Source of the DNA: an uncultured virus (IMG/VR IMGVR_UViG_3300035495_000309)
Lineage: Duplodnaviria > Heunggongvirae > Uroviricota > Caudoviricetes
Virus record (IMG/VR): IMGVR_UViG_3300035495_000309
DNA length: 20,000 bases
Reading direction: 5' to 3' (one strand)
Shown: one piece after another, positions 9,638-16,399 of the stretch
Position numbering within the stretch: the stretch's first letter is position 1
How the letters are laid out: each line of letters starts with the position of its first letter
The notes under the pieces: generated by a model
What the model saw: the letters and a program-made list of their open reading frames with translations, nothing else
Database searches by the model: none
What the model was told of the DNA's origin: nothing
Made by a program: the position numbers and the translations under genes

Positions 9638-10271
9638 TTGTGATCACCTCTGCTATTGCTTCTTCATTTAAAAGGTCTCCATATAAAACAAGCATTACAC
9701 CAATGGTATTCTTCCATCCACGAGTCTTTGTATAGTGAGCAAGTTCTGTCAGATGTTCCATCTCATTGATACTTTCTCCTTCTACATCAACTAGCATATC
9801 ACAATACCCAAGATCTCGTAAGATTTCACGGTATTCCTCCTTAAAGATATTAATACTGGGAAGTTTAGGAAGGCCTTGCATGAAATAATTGATAGATTCT
9901 GCACGGCATTCCTTTGCATACCAATACTCTGATGTTGTGAAAGGAAAATTTATTATACAACCATCCGGATCATAGAAATCATACTCATCAATTGGGAAAA
10001 TAACTTCATTAATCATAATCTTGCAATACTTATAAAGATCTCCCTCCAGTTGATTATATTCGGATTTCGACATATTCACAACTTTCTCTTTTATAAGATT
10101 TGGATTTCTTGTAACTTTGAAAAACTCAGCATAACGCTTCTTATTTGTATATGCGTAAAGAAGCGCCTCCGAATTAATTTCTGGATTAAGTCCTAACCAA
10201 TCCAGCAATCCATTATTTGCTAATTTCTTGATGTTCTGCTTTCCTAATAAATAGAATAAATAGACTTTCAC
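9627..10271 (-). CDS. Hypothetical protein, tandem paralogue family member 2
   Basis: KVYLFYL...LYAYTNKKRYAEFFKVTRN...IFKEEYREILRDLGY motifs. Confidence 0.8.
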   Translation of the reverse strand: MKVYLFYLLGKQNIKKLANNGLLDWLGLNPEINSEALLYAYTNKKRYAEFFKVTRNPNLIKEKVVNMSKSEYNQLEGDLYKYCKIMINEVIFPIDEYDFYDPDGCIINFPFTTSEYWYAKECRAESINYFMQGLPKLPSINIFKEEYREILRDLGYCDMLVDVEGESINEMEHLTELAHYTKTRGWKNTIGVMLVLYGDLLNEEAIAEVITNGA

Positions 10272-10765
10272 TTATTATCACCTCCAATTCCATTTAAGTC
10301 TAATAAATCACCATAATAATGAAGGAAGGTATTTAACATATCCGGTTGATAGACATCAGTAATTCCATTTACCCATCCTTCATGAGCTTCTTTATATCCA
10401 ATATCGCATAATGCTTCCTGCATCTCTTTTGTAAATACTTCAAGTGGCAAACATGCAGATGCATATATGCCGATAAATGCCGCTTGATTTCCTGCTCGTT
10501 CAATTGTGAGCTTTTCAATCATTGTAATAGGAAGCTCCAATATGTATTCACCGACCTCAAACTTATAAAGCATTAAGCGTTTACTATGATCTTCTTCATG
10601 AAGTATTGCAAGGTCTTCTGATGTCATTGGAACTTCCTTTTTGTAAAACTTTTTCATGTCTCTTGTGTGTTGAAACCCCTTTATTAATTTCTTCTCCTCG
10701 GAATATGCCCAGAGTTCTTCGGTTTCAATCAAATAGAAAAATGTGTACTTAATGCTTCTTTCCAT
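10268..10765 (-). CDS. Hypothetical protein, tandem paralogue family member 1
   Basis: KYTFFYL...LWAYSEEKKLIKGFQHTRD...VFTKEMQEALCDIGY motifs. Confidence 0.8.
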   Translation of the reverse strand: MERSIKYTFFYLIETEELWAYSEEKKLIKGFQHTRDMKKFYKKEVPMTSEDLAILHEEDHSKRLMLYKFEVGEYILELPITMIEKLTIERAGNQAAFIGIYASACLPLEVFTKEMQEALCDIGYKEAHEGWVNGITDVYQPDMLNTFLHYYGDLLDLNGIGGDNK

Positions 10766-10913
10766 CTTTTTTCTTTCTGCGTTCTTTTGCGCGTTTTACT
10801 ACTTGGTCCGGTGTGTCCGAACACTTCGGACTATTATTCGGAGATATTAAATCTCCGAATAAAAACTTCACTACTTTCTCTAAAATGCTTTCTCTTCTTG
10901 TTGGATCAATCAT
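10749..10913 (-). CDS. Small basic hypothetical protein (54 aa, start MIDPTRR)
   Basis: AAAGGAG RBS 8 nt before the ATG at 10913. First gene after the promoter-like motif. Confidence 0.65.
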   Translation of the reverse strand: MIDPTRRESILEKVVKFLFGDLISPNNSPKCSDTPDQVVKRAKERRKKKDGKKH

Positions 10914-10957
10914 GATTTTGTCTCCTTTCAAAAAATGATTCTATAGATATCCTAAAT

Positions 10958-10973
10958 AGATATTATATAAGTG
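10958..10973 (-). promoter_or_regulatory. Candidate phage promoter motif CACTTATATAATATCT
   Basis: Recurring motif. It also shares the downstream ATTTAG with the copy at 7390. Confidence 0.55.
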
Positions 10974-11009
10974 AGATTTGGACGTAATTTTTCAAGTTAA
11001 TGGGTAAAA

Positions 11010-11035
11010 AGAGAGATTGACTTTGCAATCTCTCT
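11010..11035 (-). terminator. Terminator-like hairpin
   Basis: AGAGAGATTG/CAATCTCTCT inverted repeat, with an A-tract on the left (T-tract on the minus strand). Confidence 0.55.
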
Positions 11036-11269
11036 ATCGTATAAAACTGTGGCTCCAAATCGATAAAATGTTCAATGTAGTAACTTTGTAACAAATAATG
11101 TATCTTGTCGTCAAACAAAAAGCGGTTAATCAATTTATGCATCTGGAAAATTGTATCAAATGTATCTTTGAGAAAGGAGGATTTGAGCCACTCCATAGTA
11201 TGCAGGCGAGTATTATCACCTTACTCGTTTTGTTACATAGCAGATTAGAAATAAAAAAGAGGGCTATCT

Positions 11270-11599
11270 CTAGCCCTCTGATTCACTCTCTTCTTCGGCA
11301 GCACGCTCTTTAATATAATCCATATACTCATCAGCTTTAATCGCCTGATCTGTAACTGAATTGTTACACCAGGTATTGCGGACAAAAATGATTGCTGTCA
11401 TGACATCGGTTATATATTCGTAGGTTTCAGATTCGCTTTTAACGAGTGGATTAAATCCGAAATTAACAGCTACATGATTTAAGATGGCGATAATCATCAT
11501 AATATACGCAGCATATGTCTTCGTATCAATATTTTTCCAATCTATTGCTTTGATGGTTTTCTTCAATTTCTTTATGAAGTTTTTAAATTTCTTTTTCAT
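11270..11599 (-). CDS. Phage holin, SPP1 family
   Basis: Two hydrophobic segments with GFNPL between them, and WCNNSVTDQAIKADEYM matching the SPP1-holin WKNNSFT..A..AD signature. AAGGAGGT RBS before the ATG at 11599. Confidence 0.8.
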   Translation of the reverse strand: MKKKFKNFIKKLKKTIKAIDWKNIDTKTYAAYIMMIIAILNHVAVNFGFNPLVKSESETYEYITDVMTAIIFVRNTWCNNSVTDQAIKADEYMDYIKERAAEEESESEG

Positions 11600-11697
11600 G
11601 GATGTATACCTCCTTTCCATCCTTTTAACTGATTGTGTTTAAATTATTATAGTCATTTTCACAATTACATAGCTTCAAAAAGGAGGAAAGTATCTAT

Positions 11698-11889
11698 ATG
11701 TCAGAGAGAAATTGTTCGCGTTCAGCTGAACAGATCCTTGATAACTTCCCCATTCCAGAATGCCCAGGTTGTAGCTACTTCAAGGAAGAATGTGGCACAT
11801 ATACCTGTAGATGGTTTTCAGAATCAAATGGTGGAACTGAGGGATTTGATGTTACGATACGGGGTGGTTATAAACCATACTATGATTAA
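11698..11889 (+). CDS. Small Cys-rich, probably metal-binding protein
   Basis: 63 aa with AGGAGG RBS and CPGC...C..C residues. Confidence 0.65.
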   Translation: MSERNCSRSAEQILDNFPIPECPGCSYFKEECGTYTCRWFSESNGGTEGFDVTIRGGYKPYYD

Positions 11890-11907
11890 AGAAAAGGAGG
11901 AACTAAA

Positions 11908-13119
11908 ATGGAAGTATTAGAAGTTACATTAGAAGGGATGAATCATTTGATTGAATTCCGTGAATCTGGATCAATGCCGCTTAAAATGAATCGCGTCATG
12001 AATCATGTCGGTGTCCAGATCTTATTAAAGGCATCTCTTCCACAGCTTCTTGTGGCAAAGCAGATGTCTACAAAAATTGCTATGAAAAGACTCACAATGG
12101 CGAAGGCAGAAACAGCTGTTGCAGATTACCCATATCCGGAAGTAGAGGATATTCGTACAAACTTACAGGAATTGATTCCGTGGTATAGTGAGAATCCGGA
12201 TCTTCTGAATCGAATTTCTATTATGGATAAAAATTTCACAAATGATGATCCAGAATCCGAAACAGGGATTAAATCACTTATGGAAACAGTTCCAATTGGA
12301 GCAGTAGTTGGAACTGCTTATTTCTATATCTCAGGATATGATCTCATTGATCTTTGTGATGGAAATATTAGCAAAATCCTTGAAGATTGCATCATAAAAG
12401 ATGACAATCTTAGTGATGATGATTTACAGATCATTGAGATAAATCTTGTAAAGATGTTTATCTCCAAGTTAAACCGGAACTGGATGTATCAGATTGTTGA
12501 GAATACCCAGGTTACAGATACCTGGTTAAAGAAGAATCAATATATCTTAATCCTTACGGATAAAGATTGTGCTGGTTTAAAGAGAATTTATCTGGAAGGA
12601 ACGGGAAGATCAGCGTCTTTTGTAAATGCTGGAGAAGATCTTCCGAAGCAGTTAGAAGATATCGGATCGGGTTACTTTGCATACAAAGGGCAGCACGTAT
12701 ATGCTGAGATCATTTGTTATACACCGATTTTTGTATATTATCTTATTATGCTTGGACTTCCAAATGGAACGATCATTGACTGTGAGGATTATATCAATCT
12801 GATTACACAGTCGCGTGAGTTTTGTAAGATTTTATCTGGTGAAGTTTACGATGAGAACAACTGGGATGTGTATTATACACAGCAAGTTCAGTCAACTCCG
12901 GATGATGAAATGAGTGTTCTTATGAAACATTCATTGATTCCGGGAAATACCAAGATCTCTTATACAATTCGAGCTGAGATAACTAATCTGCTTGTAGTTG
13001 ATGAGATTTCTATGGGACTTTCTCAGTTAGAGGAGTATGACAAATCTGGTGCTTGTGGAACCATCCGAGATCTTATTCGTCATGCACATGAAGCATTTGT
13101 ACATTTTGCTTTTATGTAA
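11908..13119 (+). CDS. Hypothetical phage protein
   Basis: 403-aa ORF with AAGGAGG RBS, followed by a terminator. No motif recognised. Confidence 0.8.
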   Translation: MEVLEVTLEGMNHLIEFRESGSMPLKMNRVMNHVGVQILLKASLPQLLVAKQMSTKIAMKRLTMAKAETAVADYPYPEVEDIRTNLQELIPWYSENPDLLNRISIMDKNFTNDDPESETGIKSLMETVPIGAVVGTAYFYISGYDLIDLCDGNISKILEDCIIKDDNLSDDDLQIIEINLVKMFISKLNRNWMYQIVENTQVTDTWLKKNQYILILTDKDCAGLKRIYLEGTGRSASFVNAGEDLPKQLEDIGSGYFAYKGQHVYAEIICYTPIFVYYLIMLGLPNGTIIDCEDYINLITQSREFCKILSGEVYDENNWDVYYTQQVQSTPDDEMSVLMKHSLIPGNTKISYTIRAEITNLLVVDEISMGLSQLEEYDKSGACGTIRDLIRHAHEAFVHFAFM

Positions 13120-13132
13120 AAAAGACAGTAAA

Positions 13133-13170
13133 AAGAGGGACACGATACGGATTCGTGTCCCTCTTCTTTT
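13133..13170 (+). terminator. Intrinsic terminator
   Basis: 13-bp stem AAGAGGGACACGA/TCGTGTCCCTCTT followed by CTTTT. Confidence 0.8.
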
Positions 13171-13602
13171 ATCGGGTTTCTCGATATTTGATAACGTGAT
13201 AAACTTACAATTGGAGGTGTTTGTTTAACAAGCAGCTATTCTCATTAGGTACCCGAATTTTACCTTGAGAATGTCCATAGCAACTAAATGCCAAAGAATA
13301 CACACAGGAAAAGTGTACCTTTAATCTATTGTATCTAATTCTCATCTCAAATTTTGGGCATCAAAGGGACAGCAGACGCACGCTGTCCCTTATCTAGCCA
13401 GGAGAAGTTTTTTCGTAAGTAGTTATCCATAAAATGAACGTCACAGTAAAAAATCATGTGAGCAAAAAGTAGATCAGGTGTCTGAGTCTGTAACCGTGCT
13501 GATCATTTCCGTTCCCGGTCAGACTCAGACGGTGAACTCGGCAAAATTCACCTTACAACACTGTTTTATTTTTGGTTTAAAAATTTATATAAACTTTAAT
13601 TT

Positions 13603-13618
13603 CATTTATATATTATTT
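13603..13618 (+). promoter_or_regulatory. Candidate phage promoter motif CATTTATATATTATTT upstream of the Cas7-like gene
   Basis: Recurring motif within an AT-rich leader. Confidence 0.55.
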
Positions 13619-13701
13619 AATAGAATAAGGGAATTAAGGAAACCTTATTTAACATCCAAATTCCTAAAAATATTTTAAAAAGACAAAGGAGGAAATGAAT
13701 T

Positions 13702-14553
13702 ATGGCAGGAAGAGTTGGAAGACCAAGAAAGAATCCATTACCGGAGGAAACAAAGCAGATGGAATTACCAATCGGTGAGGAGACAAAGGAAGAGGCACCA
13801 GTAGAAGAGAAGAAAACCAGGAAGACAAAGAAGGCAGCTGAGAAGGCGCCGGCAGCACCTAAAGTAATATTACCGGGACAGATGCTTCCGATGTTTGATA
13901 TCAAGATCAAGATTACATTGATCGAGGATATCCTGGGATCACTTCCGAGTGATGAAGAGATTTATTCTAGCTACATTGCTACCAAGAAGGCAGAGAAGGA
14001 TGCAAAGATTCCGCTTACGGAGGAAGAGAAGCAGGAAGAGATTGCATCGCTGCTGGCGAAGGAGTACAATGAGGCTGAAGAGAACGGGTTGGATGAGAAG
14101 GGTGTTACCATCTTTGCAAAGACGGAGGATGGAAAGCCGTTTTTGTATGACTACGTTATCAAGGGATTCTTTAAGAACGCGTGCAAAGCCATGCGTGAAG
14201 TTGAAGGGTCCAGATCAAAAGGGCTGTCGGCATACAAAACAAAAATCGACAATCTTGTGTTCGTTGAGCCAAGAAAGATTCTCTTCGACATGCCGGAGGG
14301 TAGTGAAATTACAATTTGTCAAAGGCCGTTGCGTGCAAATACACCACAGGGTGAAAGAACAGCGCTTGCAGCTTCAGAATGTATTCCGGCTGGATCAACT
14401 CTGGAATGTACAATCCATTGTTTGAATAAGGAGATGTATGAGAGAGTACCGGAGTGGTTGAACTATGGCCGTTGGAATGGTCTGGGTCAGTGGCATAATT
14501 CAGGACGTGGGAGACTATTATGGCAGGATATTACTACGGTTGACGAAGAGTAA
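13702..14553 (+). CDS. Stand-alone Cas7/RAMP-like RNA-binding protein (Vipr-like)
   Basis: RAMP hallmarks: beta-1 IKIKITLIEDILG, P.h.....IKG.hK helix (GKPFLYDYVIKGFFK), E.hP.G (SECIPAGSTLECTI) and a C-terminal Gly-rich loop GLGQWHNSGRGR. AAGGAGG RBS. No other cas genes in the window. Confidence 0.8.
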   Translation: MAGRVGRPRKNPLPEETKQMELPIGEETKEEAPVEEKKTRKTKKAAEKAPAAPKVILPGQMLPMFDIKIKITLIEDILGSLPSDEEIYSSYIATKKAEKDAKIPLTEEEKQEEIASLLAKEYNEAEENGLDEKGVTIFAKTEDGKPFLYDYVIKGFFKNACKAMREVEGSRSKGLSAYKTKIDNLVFVEPRKILFDMPEGSEITICQRPLRANTPQGERTALAASECIPAGSTLECTIHCLNKEMYERVPEWLNYGRWNGLGQWHNSGRGRLLWQDITTVDEE

Positions 14554-14574
14554 TTTAGACATCTTTTAATAAAA

Positions 14575-14609
14575 AGTGGGTTTGCTATAGCAAACCCACT
14601 ATATTTTTT
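14575..14609 (+). terminator. Perfect 26-bp palindrome plus T-tract (terminator or processing hairpin)
   Basis: AGTGGGTTTGCTA|TAGCAAACCCACT (14575-14600), then ATATTTTTT. Confidence 0.7.
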
Positions 14610-14619
14610 ATCGTTATGG

Positions 14620-15046
14620 AATGGTGAGGCTATTCTAAACAAGGCTGCGTAATGGTATGGTGGTATCAGGTGGAGTCGAGCAATGGAAAGGAATAGTGAT
14701 GTTTCATATTGCAAAGGTATCGTGGTGAGATGTATTATCATGTAATGGTTTTGTGGAGTTGTGGAGATGCGTAGAGTTGTAAAGTAAAGTGATGTAATGG
14801 TGATCCATGGTACAGTTATGTGAAGTAAAGCAAGGGTGTAGTCGAGAAATGTGATGTTCAGGAATGGTACATTAGCGTAGAGTGAGGCATTGGTGAAGTG
14901 CTGACCAGTAAAGTGAAGTATTGGTAAAGTAAGGCTCAGTCCGGCGATGGTAAGGAGATGTAGATTGAGGCACTGTGCTGTTATGGTTGAGTGGAGTGAA
15001 GAGCCGTAATGGTACTGTAGAGTAGGGCAGGGAAACGGTTAAGTAT
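14620..15046 (+). ncRNA. Pentamer-periodic array 1 (putative guide-RNA array, VIPR-like)
   Basis: Parses as (NNxGY)n blocks separated by NNxGGT-type hexamers at 14620, 14651, 14682, 14713, 14744, 14760, 14796, 14832, 14863, 14889, 14920, 14946, 14982, 15008 and 15034. All spacings are 6+5n. The RNA function is inferred. Confidence 0.75.
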
Positions 15047-15109
15047 CTTAAAATTTCTAATATTCGGAGTTACTCTAAATTAAGCATTGCGAAAGGAGGT
15101 GAGAAAGTC

Positions 15110-15388
15110 ATGAGTGTATTTATTAAAGATTGGATAGATCTGAATAATATTCCCAAGGAATCAAAAACGCATATTTTAGAAATTGATATGCGAACCGGTT
15201 GTGCTTGGTTAAGAACAAAAGATCCAAAACCATTAAATCACAAATTATCTATGATGCGACAAATAAAGCATCAAGACGTATATCTATCGACACATACCTT
15301 TTATGGAAAAAGCTACAAGCATTACGAAAAACTTTTACATGCATGTGGATTTGACGTAACACTTGCAAACTGGGACGCTGAAGATTAA
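15110..15388 (+). CDS. Hypothetical 92-aa protein between the two arrays
   Basis: AAAGGAGGTG RBS, normal amino-acid composition, no pentamer periodicity. Confidence 0.75.
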   Translation: MSVFIKDWIDLNNIPKESKTHILEIDMRTGCAWLRTKDPKPLNHKLSMMRQIKHQDVYLSTHTFYGKSYKHYEKLLHACGFDVTLANWDAED

Positions 15389-15392
15389 GCTT

Positions 15393-16146
15393 GATGCTAT
15401 GGTGACGTTGTGTTTTGACTTACCAAGTTATGTAGTGGTACGTTATCGTGCAGCAATGCATAGTTACGGTAACGAAAGGCACAGTCGTGTTATGAATGGG
15501 TGCAGTTAGGTGTACTAAAGTAACGTATAGCAAAGGTATAGTTACGAACTCTTAAGTAGGGTAAAGGCAGGGTCACGAATTGCCATGCTTTGTGTGGATC
15601 GTAATGTATAGGTAAAGTGTATCTAGGTCAAGCGAAGAAAGGGTTGAGACTAGCCCCGCAGCGTAACGGTGTCGTAAAGCGCTGTCTAGTATAGTCAGGG
15701 TTGAGACTAGCCCCGCAGCGTAATGGTATCGTAAGGTGAAATCTGGTAAAGCCTTGGTACAGTCACGTATCATCAAGTATTGTGAAGGATGAGCTAGGAA
15801 TTGCTGAGTAACGTAGTGGTATGGATATGTGCAGAATAGTGAGGTGCCGTTTTGGTATATTAGGGTGCGGTCGCGCCAAGCTAAGTAGTGGTGTGGTATA
15901 GACGAGCAAGGTTCGGTATTGGTAGAGACTGGTGAGGACAAGCGAAGTTTAGTAATGGTACTGTAGAGCATGGTATTGTATTGTAAAGGTATGATAATGT
16001 GGAGACTAGTGTTGTAGTGTGATGGTAGGGATAGGAATGGAAGTGCTAAGTGGTGGTAAAGTGGAGTGCATCTGAGTAATATAATATATGGTAAAGTATG
16101 GTACAGTAAAACTATGTAAAGTGCAGTAAAGGTTAAGTATTTTAGA
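15393..16146 (+). ncRNA. Pentamer-periodic array 2 (putative guide-RNA array, VIPR-like)
   Basis: Same grammar as array 1. Hexamer linkers at 15398, 15434, 15465, 15496, 15532, 15563, 15608, 15639, 15665, 15696, 15722, 15753, 15784, 15815, 15851, 15887, 15918, 15954, 15985, 16021, 16052 and 16128. Spacings are mostly 26, 31 or 36. Confidence 0.75.
15640..15723 (+). repeat. Exact 27-bp direct repeat AGGGTTGAGACTAGCCCCGCAGCGTAA (15640-15666 and 15697-15723)
   Basis: Read directly from the sequence. The offset is 57 nt, equal to one 26-nt plus one 31-nt unit. Confidence 0.9.
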
Positions 16147-16159
16147 TATCAGTATTTGT

Positions 16160-16188
16160 AAGAAGGGATTTTCTATCCCTTCTTTTTT
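16160..16188 (+). terminator. Intrinsic terminator closing array 2
   Basis: AAGAAGGGAT/ATCCCTTCTT stem followed by a T-tract, consistent with + strand transcription of the array. Confidence 0.8.
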
Positions 16189-16217
16189 ATTCCCTAAATT
16201 TGGATTTTTAACATTTT

Positions 16218-16233
16218 CACTTATATACTATTT
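16218..16233 (+). promoter_or_regulatory. Candidate phage promoter motif CACTTATATACTATTT
   Basis: Recurring motif immediately after the terminator and upstream of the next operon. Confidence 0.55.
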
Positions 16234-16399
16234 TGGTGAATGAAAGAGAAGAAAGGTATTGTGAATACATATCTCGTTTTTCTATGATCCGAGAAGCGAC
16301 GTAGGATTGCGAGATGAAAGCAATAAAATGGATTTGATTATCATTCATAAAAACTACGGACAAAAAAAAAGTCCCATGATAAAAAAGGAGGAACTAAAA

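Noticed and set aside
10963..11313. ORFs 10963..11196 (-) and 11098..11313 (+)
   Set aside because: Neither has a well-placed RBS, and they run through terminator or promoter elements. The region is left unassigned.
13949..14425. 158-aa Arg-rich alternative-frame ORF inside the Cas7-like gene
   Set aside because: It is an off-frame by-product of GAG/AAG-rich codons and has no RBS.
15640..15723. Diversity-generating retroelement TR/VR pair or IS target-site duplication
   Set aside because: The repeat is short and exact, with no adenine-specific mismatches and no reverse transcriptase or transposase in the window.
15573..15971. 132-aa minus-strand ORF, and 14487..14741 (-)
   Set aside because: These are shadow ORFs of the periodic array, with H/Y/T/L/S-biased composition and no RBS. 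A 5-nt period is not codon-compatible, and the terminator indicates + strand transcription.
14620..16146. Canonical CRISPR array next to the Cas7-like gene
   Set aside because: There are no identical 23-47-nt direct repeats alternating with unique spacers. Conservation is spread through every pentamer.
14620..16146. Simple decayed microsatellite
   Set aside because: The phase and hexamer punctuation are maintained over about 35 units while the NN positions are highly diverse. The arrays are also bounded by shared end motifs and hairpins.
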